DNA from: Oceanispirochaeta sp.
Lineage (GTDB): Bacteria; Spirochaetota; Spirochaetia; DSM-2461
Length of the DNA stretch: 64,000 bases
Direction of reading: 5' to 3'
Assembly: GCA_963663385.2 (NCBI GenBank)
Contig: CAXXXD010000003.1
Coordinates: 736,001-800,000 of the forward strand
The notes under the pieces are model-generated. The model did not search any database. It saw nothing but the letters and a program-made list of their open reading frames with translations, and was not told the origin of the DNA. Within the stretch, counting starts at the first letter, position 1; each line of letters opens with the position of its first letter. Both the position numbers and the translations under genes were made by a program. Shown here in pieces: positions 28,176-37,872 of the stretch.

Positions 28176-28804
28176 TAATTGACCTGCATTTCCATACGAA
28201 AGCTTATTCCTCCTGCAGCCGCATCATCCTGGAAGAGGGGGTGGCGCGGGCTGCTTCCATTGGCCTTGATGCCATCTGTCTTACTGAACACGATGTGTTT
28301 CCCCGGTACCGGGAGATTCCAGAGTTAGAAAAGCGATTTGGAATCAGGATCTTTTCCGGTGTGGAAATTTATACGGTTCAGGGAGACATACTCTGCTTCG
28401 GTCTCGACAGGCTTCCTTCGGGAAGAGTTGATGCCGCTGCGCTTGTAAACCGGGTGGCGGAACAGGGGGGGGCCACCATAGCCGCACATCCTTTCAGGAA
28501 TAACGACAGAGGCGTGGGGGAGCTGATCACCGCGCTTCCGGGGCTTTCCGCCGTTGAAGCCTGGAATGGAAATACCTCTTATGAGAATAATCTGAAAGCA
28601 TTGAAAATGGCTGAATCACAGAGTATTCCCGTTACGGGCTCCAGTGATTCCCATCGTCTGGAGAGGATAGGCCTTTACGCAACGGAATTCCGGGATAGGA
28701 TAGGAACAAAGAGAGAACTGATTTCAGCTCTCAGAAGCGGTTCATTCAAACCGGTTATATACAATGCGGAGACCGGGGTATTCGACACGATATCCATTAG
28801 CTGA
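28172..28804 (+). CDS. PHP-domain phosphoesterase
   Basis: DLHFHT, TEHD, AHPFR, SDSH. Confidence 0.88.
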   Translation: MIIDLHFHTKAYSSCSRIILEEGVARAASIGLDAICLTEHDVFPRYREIPELEKRFGIRIFSGVEIYTVQGDILCFGLDRLPSGRVDAAALVNRVAEQGGATIAAHPFRNNDRGVGELITALPGLSAVEAWNGNTSYENNLKALKMAESQSIPVTGSSDSHRLERIGLYATEFRDRIGTKRELISALRSGSFKPVIYNAETGVFDTISIS

Positions 28805-29295
28805 TCATTTCAGTGTCAACTTCATTAATCAACTCACCGGAATATATTCAATTATAAAGGGATATAAATGGTTTTTAATGAATACAGAATGGAAAACAGT
28901 GCGGTGAAGAATACCCGCACGGAACTATAGGTAAATTGGGCCGGTACGGGATTTAAGCTCGTTCAGCTTTTCCCGCACCACATCAGGTATATTTCTCTGT
29001 TTTCCGGCTGACCTGAGAAGAGACTCTATCAGAGGTCAGTATCCGAATGACCGCCGTAAAGCAGGCGGCCTCCAGGATAGCTGTTTTCAAATATACTTCT
29101 GTCTTCCTATGGTTTCTAGCTCTTAAAAACAGATCTGACCGGGACCACTGCAGTGGCTCTGCGGTATTTGCATTTAAAAATGAATGTGCAATAATTAAAA
29201 AAGCGGACCGGTTGCGTGGAATAGACAGGCTTTCCGCAGCAAAAGGGGTATTCCCATCAGATGCGTTTGGTGAAAAGGAAGAGGAGGTGCATTCA

Positions 29296-30300
29296 ATGTC
29301 TCGGAATGAACGACACAATGATTTTCTGAAAAATGCCTGGAACCAGTGCACCGCAAATTGTGCCGAATATTTTTCATCCACCTACAACCTTCATTATTCC
29401 ATGAAAGACAGGATAGACAATATTGATCTGTACGGATCCACCTTTACCTCCAGCCCCCACAGATACATCGGCAGAGACAGTCTGACAGCCGAAGGCGGAA
29501 TCAATCTTTCTCAGAATATCAGTCCTCTCCAGGACAATCTCGGCGATATTTATCTGAAATACAGCCATTACAATCTGATTGCCTATCTGAAATCAGTCAG
29601 ACAGGAGATTCTGGCGATGGTCAATGGAGATGAGGCATCCGTTCTCGCTCTCCCGGAAAGTTTTAAAGACTCAATAGACAGTCTGCTCTCCATCTGGAAA
29701 TTCCGGATCAACAGTGAGTTTGATTATTCCACAATAACCTATACGGATCACCTTGAAGATCCGCTGAACGAGGACGACAGGGTTACCATTCAGCCGGTAT
29801 ACAGCGTCATGATCTACCATGAGCTGGGGCACCTTTATTATAACCTTTACAACGGAAGAATCATAAAGGACATCCCCGAATATCTGCTGGAGGACTCCGG
29901 GATAAATGAGAAGAGAAGGGTCTTTGAACAAATTGTGGAAGACAACCATATGGGGTCGCTGTGTCCCGATAAATATGAAGAGTATTTTGCTGATAATTTT
30001 TCTTATATGAATTGTTCCCGCCTGCTGGGCGGATTATCCCGTATAGAACCATTCTACCTTTCTCTATACGGCATAATCATGAATCTGGTTATACTGGAGA
30101 TCAAGAATTACTACCTGGGAATCGATGAGTCCGACAGTCATCCAACTTCCCGTGAAAGAATCGAGTTTATATACGGGTATATCAAGGTTGTAAACACTGG
30201 GCGATTCCCGGATTATTTCCGAAACTCCGGCAGAATCTGCCGGGCGGGAATGGATATTGTTTCTCTGGTTAGAGATCATTTAAGGAGTAATCATGCATAA
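29296..30300 (+). CDS. HEXXH zinc metallopeptidase (M48/Lit-U49-like)
   Basis: YHELGH, EEYFAD, SHPTSRER; GGAGGTG RBS before ATG 29296. Confidence 0.7.
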   Translation: MSRNERHNDFLKNAWNQCTANCAEYFSSTYNLHYSMKDRIDNIDLYGSTFTSSPHRYIGRDSLTAEGGINLSQNISPLQDNLGDIYLKYSHYNLIAYLKSVRQEILAMVNGDEASVLALPESFKDSIDSLLSIWKFRINSEFDYSTITYTDHLEDPLNEDDRVTIQPVYSVMIYHELGHLYYNLYNGRIIKDIPEYLLEDSGINEKRRVFEQIVEDNHMGSLCPDKYEEYFADNFSYMNCSRLLGGLSRIEPFYLSLYGIIMNLVILEIKNYYLGIDESDSHPTSRERIEFIYGYIKVVNTGRFPDYFRNSGRICRAGMDIVSLVRDHLRSNHA

Positions 30301-30643
30301 TTTGAAGATTGTAGGGCCATCCACGGAACTGGAAATACTGTCGGGGCTTCTGCCGGGTTCCTTTGAGTACAGGGAACAGACGGTCAGGCCCGGACTCTCG
30401 GAGAAAAAAGATTTCGGTGATGTAGGGGCGGTCATCCTGGGTTCCTTTGCAAGCGGAACACTTGGTCAGATCCTGGTGATCATAGCCCGGTACATCAAAG
30501 ATAAAAAAGAAAAATATATTGATATTGAGACCGAAGACGGCATGAAATTCCGGGTGCCCTACAATATCAGCGATGAAGATCTGGATGAATTGTTGTCAAA
30601 AATCGACAGGATCAGATCAAATCTGCATCTGACACTGAGGTGA
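30293..30643 (+). CDS. Small protein with a central hydrophobic helix, EACC1-like
   Basis: 116 aa; Gly-rich hydrophobic segment followed by YIKDKKEKYIDIETEDG; overlaps the peptidase stop. Confidence 0.5.
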   Translation: MHNLKIVGPSTELEILSGLLPGSFEYREQTVRPGLSEKKDFGDVGAVILGSFASGTLGQILVIIARYIKDKKEKYIDIETEDGMKFRVPYNISDEDLDELLSKIDRIRSNLHLTLR

Positions 30644-30729
30644 TGAAATTGATTACGACAAATGTATTTAGAAAGCACCTGTGAAAATTTAAATAAGTCG
30701 GGTAGGATGTTAAAAGGAAAATATAAACA

Positions 30730-31560
30730 GTGATCAACCATAAGAAAATACTGGGTTCCTATAGAAATGACTGGTACAACACTGACTTTCTGGAATTATT
30801 AAATAAAAGGTATGATTTTAAATCAAAAAACAAGATTCTCGATGTGGGATGCGGGGAGTATCACTGGATACTCAATTTTATCAATTTCTTTAATCAGAAT
30901 GCGCAAATTACAGGTATAGATATCAATGACATTGATGCTGAAATCTTATCTGGCTTACAGGCCGCTGCAAAAGATACCATCAGAGAACTGAACTTTATAA
31001 AATCATCATCTGATAAACTTCCCTTCGATGATGAGTCATTTGATCTGGTTACATGTCAGACACTTATGATACATCTGGAGAATCCATTGGAAACATTAGC
31101 TGAAATGAAGAGGGTAGTAAAACAGGGCGGCCTGATTCTAATATCAGAACCTAATAATCTAGCTCAGGCGGTTTTTATTAATAGCATAAACATTAAAGAA
31201 TCAATCGACGAGAAGATACACTTTATCAGAGAAAAAATGAAAAGTGATGAATTAAAAATAGAAAGCTGTCAGGGAAATAACTCGATAGGAGAATTGATTC
31301 CTGTATATCTGAAACAGATCGGTTTGGAAAATATACAGTGTTATTTAAATGACAAAGTTACTCGACTGACCAGTCCATACAGTTCTGAATCAGAAAAGCG
31401 GAAAATCAGAATGTTGAAATCTCTGATTACCGATTATCCATTTAAGTTTTCTGAATCAGAAAAAGTTAAAATACAGAGAATTGTTGATGATATAAGCAGC
31501 GGAGATTACTGGTCCTATTCACCGACAATGTTATTTATATCTTCCGGAATTAAGGGATAA
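30730..31560 (+). CDS. Class I SAM-dependent methyltransferase
   Basis: ILDVGCG, LPFDDESFDLV, RVVKQGG. Confidence 0.9.
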   Translation: MINHKKILGSYRNDWYNTDFLELLNKRYDFKSKNKILDVGCGEYHWILNFINFFNQNAQITGIDINDIDAEILSGLQAAAKDTIRELNFIKSSSDKLPFDDESFDLVTCQTLMIHLENPLETLAEMKRVVKQGGLILISEPNNLAQAVFINSINIKESIDEKIHFIREKMKSDELKIESCQGNNSIGELIPVYLKQIGLENIQCYLNDKVTRLTSPYSSESEKRKIRMLKSLITDYPFKFSESEKVKIQRIVDDISSGDYWSYSPTMLFISSGIKG

Positions 31561-31889
31561 TTCTTCGATGGCTATATAAACGGTTACTGCTAAGTGTGAG
31601 AAGCCTGTTGACTGCGGATCTACAGTAAAAGAGAATCTTGAAATTATAAAATGGAATGGATGCAAAATAAGAATCCTCCCTATTGGATATCAGCAAAATT
31701 CAAGTAGAATACGAAGAGGAGAAGAAAGAGTAAATACGATAGAAGAATATCTTAAATTTAATGAATCAAAATATAAAGAGGCGTGTTAGAGCTATAATAT
31801 CTTACTGAAAATACTATTGGTAAATAATATTGGATGAGAAATTATATGAAAAATATAATAATTAATAAGATGAAAAAGCAGGTGGAAAA

Positions 31890-32381
31890 ATGGAATTGAG
31901 AATTGAACGAGTTTATGAAGAATGCCGTAAAGAAGTCCTTGATATATTTAACTACTATATAAAAAATACGACAGCAGCATATAGAGAAGATATTGTTGAT
32001 GACTCTTTTTTTGATGATTTGTTTGAAGACGCTATTGGTGATGCCAAATATATTATGAAAATTGGAGAAGAAATAATTGGTTTCTGTTTGTTGGAATACT
32101 TCATGCCAATAAGAACATTTCGCGAAGTCGCCGAGGTAACATACTTTATAAAAAAGGAATATATTGGCAGGGGAATTGGAAAAATGGCTTTGGAAATACT
32201 GGAACAGGATGCTAAACAAAAAGGAATAAAAACAATAGTAGCCAATATTACCTCCGATAACAAAGGCAGTATTAGATTTCATGAAAAAAACGGTTTCATA
32301 AAATACGGAGAATTGGAAAATGCCGGAATAAAATTTGGCAGATATTTTAACATAATTTACATGAAAAAAAATATTGCTTGA
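31890..32381 (+). CDS. GNAT N-acetyltransferase (YncA/Pat-like)
   Basis: GRGIGK, N..SIRFHEKNGF, GIKFGR. Confidence 0.9.
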   Translation: MELRIERVYEECRKEVLDIFNYYIKNTTAAYREDIVDDSFFDDLFEDAIGDAKYIMKIGEEIIGFCLLEYFMPIRTFREVAEVTYFIKKEYIGRGIGKMALEILEQDAKQKGIKTIVANITSDNKGSIRFHEKNGFIKYGELENAGIKFGRYFNIIYMKKNIA

Positions 32382-32401
32382 AATAACCGGGTATAAAGAA
32401 C

Positions 32402-32933
32402 ATGGAAATATCTTATAGAGAACCGAATATTCACGACTTCCACAATATTCAGACATTGTTTAAAGACGCAATAGCGGGAGCTTTTAAACAGAACAGTATT
32501 ATGGATAAAGAAGAATTGGCCTATGAGATAAATGAAAAAAGCGATCGTATTGATAAATATCTGAATCATCAATTAAAGGACTCTTTTTTTCTGATAGCTG
32601 TCGATAAAATCCGAATAGCGGGAATCGCCGGTATTTTATCCCGTAAAACAACTGATAATGGATAATACAAATGATATTTCCAGTCATGCTCTGGAACTGG
32701 GTTCCGTGTATATTCATCCCGAATATCAGAAACAGGGCGTTGCCGGGAATCTTGTTGACAGGCTGATAAATAAAATGGCTTCTCTGGGTATCGGGGAGTA
32801 TTACCTGGATTGCGGGTATGCAACAAGCCAGAAATACTGGAAAAGGGTTATGGGAAAACCGATCAAGACAATAGAAAACTATTTTGGTGAAAATGAATCA
32901 TACATGATCTGGAAAAAGAAAATAGAGCAGTAA
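32402..32933 (+). pseudogene. GNAT acetyltransferase split by a one-base frameshift
   Basis: ORFs 32402-32665 and 32658-32933 fuse if one T of the run near 32635 is removed; YIHPEYQKQG motif. Confidence 0.7.
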
Positions 32934-32992
32934 CGTAGTGGCATCTGAACCACGACCTGTCCGGTATACAGCAGGCGGTAGGCAGGGGTATT

Positions 32993-33835
32993 ATGCAGGA
33001 AGAAGAGGGTAAGATGATGCATGAAATAATGGATGTAAGAAGAATTTACAGGCAGCTTTTTGATCAGACAATAACAGAATTTGCCAAAATCCCGTCGGAT
33101 AAATTCTATGGCCCCACAGTGCTTCCATCCTGGAAAGTAAACAACATAATAAGTCATCTTACCGGAAATGCCTTATATAAAACTACGGATATCAGGAGAA
33201 TGGCAGAACAGCAGGAGAAATCTTCCATCGATTTTGATTCCCTGGCGCATATCATAAACGCAAACAATGAACGGTGGGTCGAGGCGCTGGATTACCTTGA
33301 TCAAACCGTCCTTCTGGATTTGTATGAGTCTTCGTATAGTGCAATGCTCCTGGAGTTTGAAAAAATACAAGATCTGAAGTCTCACGCGGTTCATGATGTT
33401 TTGTGGTACAGCGATGATCCCTCTCCCTGGTGGCTGGATATGGCGCGGGAATATACCGAATTATGGATGCATACCGCCCAGATCTGCGGTTATCTTGATA
33501 TAGCATTCCCTTTCGAAAAGCAGTATTCCACTTTGTTTCACAGGATATGCCTGCTGGCCGTCAGGAGGCTGTTTAAATCAGAAGAAAATGAAGTTATTTT
33601 AAGGATTCAGATCGGAACGGAGACTTATAATATCAGCAGTGAAAATGGCTTTGGAATACCGGAAAAGGGAAAACCCGCAGATGCAGTTATAACCATGACA
33701 GACAATGCGGCATGGAAACTGTTTTCGGGTATTTCTCCAACCCCGGAGGAAGCCTCGTCCATACAGATAGAGGGAGACAGGCGCATAGGCGGGAAATTCC
33801 TGAAAATAGAATCCGTAATGGTAAAAGCTGAATAG
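32993..33835 (+). CDS. DinB/MDMPI (maleylpyruvate isomerase-like) family protein
   Basis: W.V..IISHL and EYTELWMH..QI; C-terminal SCP2-like segment. Confidence 0.7.
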   Translation: MQEEEGKMMHEIMDVRRIYRQLFDQTITEFAKIPSDKFYGPTVLPSWKVNNIISHLTGNALYKTTDIRRMAEQQEKSSIDFDSLAHIINANNERWVEALDYLDQTVLLDLYESSYSAMLLEFEKIQDLKSHAVHDVLWYSDDPSPWWLDMAREYTELWMHTAQICGYLDIAFPFEKQYSTLFHRICLLAVRRLFKSEENEVILRIQIGTETYNISSENGFGIPEKGKPADAVITMTDNAAWKLFSGISPTPEEASSIQIEGDRRIGGKFLKIESVMVKAE

Positions 33836-33864
33836 CAGAGACTGCGGAATACCTTCCTCTCAAA

Positions 33865-34632
33865 TCAGGACCAGATATAACTTAAAACCTCTTCCCGCAT
33901 TTCTACGAACTCCGGGAGTGATTTTACCTGCCGTATGTCCCTGTCTGCGTACTTCGTACTGAAAGGGGTTTCCACCTTCTTGATAAAATGGCCCGGCAGT
34001 TTTGACATCACATAAACCGAAGTGGACAGATAGATGGCCTCCTCAACGCTGTGGGTAATCAGTATTACGGTTTTATGGGTTTCCCGCCAGATTTTGAGAA
34101 GTTCATCCTGCATATGTTCCCTGGTAAGAACATCAAGGGCTCCGAAGGGTTCGTCCATCAGGAGGATTTCCGGGTCGTTCGCCAGGATGCGGGCAATGGC
34201 CACTCTCTGTCTCATCCCCCCCGACAGTTCGTAGCAGTGCATATGGCCGAAATCCGTAAGCTTGACCCTTTCCAGATTCTCCTTAACGATCCGCTGCCTT
34301 TTCCGCTTTTCAACCCTGTTCGCCTTAAGACCGAAGGCAACATTCTGTTCTATATTGAGCCAGGGATAGAGGGCCGGTTTCTGAAAAACCACCCCCCTGT
34401 TTCTGCTTGGACCTTCTAAGGGCCCCTTCTTATCAAAGATCGTCCCCCTTGTGGGAGGAAGAAAACCGCCGATAACATTGAGGAGTGTTGATTTTCCGCA
34501 GCCCGAGGGGCCGACAATACTGATAAAGTCTCCCTTTTCAACGGTCATGGAGACATCTTTTACGGCATTGAGAAGGCCCTTCCTGGTACTGAAATCAACA
34601 CAGATATCCTTTAGTTCAAGCAGATTGTCCAA
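33865..34632 (-). CDS. tauB: Taurine/sulfonate ABC transporter ATPase
   Basis: GPSGCGKS, LSGGMRQR, DEPFGALD; operon context. Confidence 0.8.
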   Translation of the reverse strand: MDNLLELKDICVDFSTRKGLLNAVKDVSMTVEKGDFISIVGPSGCGKSTLLNVIGGFLPPTRGTIFDKKGPLEGPSRNRGVVFQKPALYPWLNIEQNVAFGLKANRVEKRKRQRIVKENLERVKLTDFGHMHCYELSGGMRQRVAIARILANDPEILLMDEPFGALDVLTREHMQDELLKIWRETHKTVILITHSVEEAIYLSTSVYVMSKLPGHFIKKVETPFSTKYADRDIRQVKSLPEFVEMREEVLSYIWS

Positions 34633-34635
34633 TTC

Positions 34636-35661
34636 CTATTTCTCCAGTGCCTGCTGTATGTATTCGGGGTGCAGCGCCTTTTTGAAAACAGCCACATCCG
34701 GTGCGGATCTGATGGTCTTCTGTTCTGCAAGGAAATCGGCTGTCGCCTTCAGAACGGAGGCAAGATCGCCTATGGCGTCCTTCTTTCCCATAAACCGGGA
34801 TTCCAGCTGTTCCTCTCCCGAAAGCAGAAGGAGGCTGTTCATCTGCCTGAGGGCTTCTTCCCTGGGAATGTCAAACTGGCGGCTGACAGCTTCGGCCGCC
34901 TTATCCCGGTCGCTCCTGTAAAGCTCTACCGCTCTAATCTCTCCGGCCAGATACTCCACGACCAGTTCGGGATATTTTTCGGCAAAACCCTTTCTGACTA
35001 CCGTTATATCGCCTGTCAGATAACCTGCTTCAGCAAGCTTGCGGGAGTAGACCAGGACCTTGCCGTCCGCTTCCAGCATCTTGGCAAGTGTGGGTTCCCA
35101 AATAAAACTGCCGTCGATATCCCCCCTGTGCCAGGCGGCCAGGGCATCCGGCGGCTGCATATCAAAAATTTCCACCGTTTCCGGATCAATCCCTTCCAGT
35201 TCCAGAGCGGCCAGCAGATGGTAATGCGTTGTGGCGCCGAAGGGAACCGCAATTTTTTTGCCGGCCAGGCTCTTCAGATCGTTTATACCGGAGCCCTTTT
35301 TTACCACAAGAGCTTCATTGTCGCCTATGATGTCGTGAATCCAGATGACATCGAAGGGAACCGAATTGGCGATACCCGCCGCTATGCCGCTGCTTCCGGA
35401 AAGCCCTATGTCGATGCTGCCTGCGGCCAGGCCCGTATTCAGTTCGGAGCCTGAGTTGATCTGCACCCATTCTACGGGAATTCCGGTAGCGTCCTCAAAC
35501 CAGCTGAAATCCTTGGAGATTATCTGTCCGTTGGGGATGGCCTGGTAGCCGATTACGATTTTTTCCGGCCGGCCGGCTGTTTCACCTTGTCCGGCTGCAG
35601 AGACATTTATCCCGGAGAGGCAGAAAAACACCAGCAGGCTAAGGGCTGCTCTCTTTTTCAT
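34636..35661 (-). CDS. tauA: Taurine ABC transporter substrate-binding protein
   Basis: NEALVV, AVPFGATTHYHL, FIWEP typical of TauA; signal peptide. Confidence 0.78.
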   Translation of the reverse strand: MKKRAALSLLVFFCLSGINVSAAGQGETAGRPEKIVIGYQAIPNGQIISKDFSWFEDATGIPVEWVQINSGSELNTGLAAGSIDIGLSGSSGIAAGIANSVPFDVIWIHDIIGDNEALVVKKGSGINDLKSLAGKKIAVPFGATTHYHLLAALELEGIDPETVEIFDMQPPDALAAWHRGDIDGSFIWEPTLAKMLEADGKVLVYSRKLAEAGYLTGDITVVRKGFAEKYPELVVEYLAGEIRAVELYRSDRDKAAEAVSRQFDIPREEALRQMNSLLLLSGEEQLESRFMGKKDAIGDLASVLKATADFLAEQKTIRSAPDVAVFKKALHPEYIQQALEK

Positions 35662-35712
35662 CTTTAAGCTCCTATTTTTTTGTTTTTGGACTTTTACAGT
35701 AAAAATCCAGAC

Positions 35713-36501
35713 CTAACACTCTTTCCCTTTCCAGGGAACCAGAATCTTTTCGGCAAATCTTATAATCCTGTCCAGTATTATACCGGTGACGCCCATCACA
35801 ATAATACCCATAAACATAACATCCCCTCTCAGGAATTTTCCCGCGTCCAGAACCATCCAGCCTATGCCCGAGGTCGCCGCGACAATCTCGGAGGAAACCA
35901 GGGTGGTATAGGTAAACCCTATACTGACGCGCATCCCTGTGAAAATACCGGGAAGACAGGAGGGGAAGATCACATGCCTGAGGATGTATTTTTTTCCTGC
36001 CCCCAGGGATTGGGCTGTCTGAATTTTTTCCATCGAAACCGATGCCACAGCCGACATGGCATTGATGGACAGGGGAGGGAACGCCGCCAGAAAGAGCAGG
36101 GTGATTTTCGATTCGTTCCCGATTCCCAGCCATATGACCAGTATGGTGTAGTAGGCAAGAGGGGGGAGGGGACGGTAGAATTCAACGATGGGATCAAAAA
36201 CGGCCTTTACCTTCCAGTTGTATCCCATAAACATACCGAGGGGGATGGCTATCAGACAAGCCAGAATAAAACCGGATATAACCCGGAACAGACTGTCACC
36301 CAGGTGCTGAAGGAGAGTTCCCCCCCTATACCCGGAAAGGGCTATATCCTTAAAGGAATCGAGTACGCTGGCCGGTGAGGGAATAAAGTATTCCGGAAAT
36401 ATCCGCAGTCTGGCAATGGTGTACCACACCAGGAAAATTACCAGGACAGTAGATGTAGAAAGGAAAAATTCCGCTAGTTTTCTCTTGGTATATTTATTCA
36501 T
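35713..36501 (-). CDS. tauC: Taurine/sulfonate ABC transporter permease
   Basis: RPLPPLAY, WLGIGNESKI, EAA loop. Confidence 0.8.
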   Translation of the reverse strand: MNKYTKRKLAEFFLSTSTVLVIFLVWYTIARLRIFPEYFIPSPASVLDSFKDIALSGYRGGTLLQHLGDSLFRVISGFILACLIAIPLGMFMGYNWKVKAVFDPIVEFYRPLPPLAYYTILVIWLGIGNESKITLLFLAAFPPLSINAMSAVASVSMEKIQTAQSLGAGKKYILRHVIFPSCLPGIFTGMRVSIGFTYTTLVSSEIVAATSGIGWMVLDAGKFLRGDVMFMGIIVMGVTGIILDRIIRFAEKILVPWKGKEC

Positions 36502-36590
36502 GTAAATTAATTATAGTTAGAAACGAACCGTTCAGACAAGCCGAATCCTGAAACCGGCCTGTCCGAATCGGATAATAATTGGAACCTGAA

Positions 36591-37868
36591 TCAGTTCACA
36601 CAGCGGGAACTTGTCATTTTGGCAACACGGTTACCCGCAATACCCCCGGCTACCAGGAAGACCAGAAAGATCCATCCCGAGAGGGAGAAGTTGGCTATCG
36701 GCGTGTAGAGGGCTCCCACATTACAGCCGTTGGCCAGTCTGGTTCCGAATCCCATAAAAAGACCGCCCATGGCAAAGAGCAGAAGATCCTTGACAGTGAC
36801 TTTGAACTCGGAAAAGAAGGTTGCCCTGAAAGTCCCGGCCAGCAGCAGGGTGATCAGGGTTCCCAGAACGATACCGATATTCTGTACCGATACGGGATTG
36901 GCAAAAATGGAGGTTTCGAAAAATCCGGCAGACATATGCGTAAAGGACGCCAGAGACTCCGGAGACACACCAAAGAGCATCAGGACTTTCCCAAACCAGA
37001 AACCGTAAATGGTGGATGCTCCCCAACCGGCTCTGGTCACTCCCATAAGCAGGGTGAAAACGGAGGCAATAATAATGGCTCCGGTCTGCATCTTCCAGGG
37101 TCTTACAAAAAGGATCTCATAGGTTTCGCTGCTGAACAGTTTGAAAGGCTTTCTTTCGTATTCCTTTTCCTGTTCGATTTCAGATCCTACACCCGTAAAT
37201 TTTCCTCCGGCTTTTACACTGTCTTCAAACCTTCTGGAGAAGTAGATGACTACCGCTGCAAAAAAGGCTGTGAGCAAAAGAGCTCCCAGGTAGCCGCTCA
37301 TGCCATCCCACATAAACCAGTCCGGCAGGTACACCCCGCCATAGAGCTGTTCCCCCGTTACAGAGGAGAACCAGGAATCTGTAACCCAGGAGGCCGTCTT
37401 CTGTACTGGAAATCCGATAAAAACGCCGAGGGCAAAAAATACCAGTGTTGTAATGGCTCTGGGCAGACCTGTCACCAGGTCTGTCAGTACACCGGATGCG
37501 CAGCAGGATGAAAAGGTCATACCGAAACCGAAGAACAGACCGCCCAGAATGAGTCCCAGGTTTATAGGGTTAACCCACAAGTCGTAACTGGTTGCATCGG
37601 ATCCGTAGAGGAGGGATACGGACAGAGCTGCTGTTCCCAGAAACATCCACATCAGGATTCTCATCAGTTTGGAAGAACCTGTTCTGTAAGGTCTGTTTAC
37701 GCTGCCCGCAAAACCCATAAAGCCTCTTGTCAGGGCGTATCCGAATCCCATACCTGCCATCAGTCTGATGAAAAGCATCTGGGACCCGAGAAAGGCTCCG
37801 CCGAAAACAAGGATAACCAGTACCAGTGCAAATCCGATAATGTTTTCTACTTTGTTATTCACAAACAA
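36591..37868 (-). CDS. YeeE/YedE-family (thiosulfate/sulfur) transporter
   Basis: FGFGM..SSCCASG and MGFGTRLANGCN repeats. Confidence 0.85.
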   Translation of the reverse strand: MFVNNKVENIIGFALVLVILVFGGAFLGSQMLFIRLMAGMGFGYALTRGFMGFAGSVNRPYRTGSSKLMRILMWMFLGTAALSVSLLYGSDATSYDLWVNPINLGLILGGLFFGFGMTFSSCCASGVLTDLVTGLPRAITTLVFFALGVFIGFPVQKTASWVTDSWFSSVTGEQLYGGVYLPDWFMWDGMSGYLGALLLTAFFAAVVIYFSRRFEDSVKAGGKFTGVGSEIEQEKEYERKPFKLFSSETYEILFVRPWKMQTGAIIIASVFTLLMGVTRAGWGASTIYGFWFGKVLMLFGVSPESLASFTHMSAGFFETSIFANPVSVQNIGIVLGTLITLLLAGTFRATFFSEFKVTVKDLLLFAMGGLFMGFGTRLANGCNVGALYTPIANFSLSGWIFLVFLVAGGIAGNRVAKMTSSRCVN

Positions 37869-37872
37869 TCTC

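Noticed and set aside
29047..29295. Upstream extension of the peptidase ORF
   Set aside because: A strong GGAGGTG RBS precedes ATG 29296, and the extension looks non-coding
28805..29295. Riboswitch, ncRNA or 20-codon ORF (28868-28930) in the long intergenic region
   Set aside because: No recognisable consensus; cannot be supported without a covariance search
31561..31889. Possible gene remnant or extra cassettes in the AT-rich patch
   Set aside because: No identifiable motif and no attC-like TAAC...GTT palindrome
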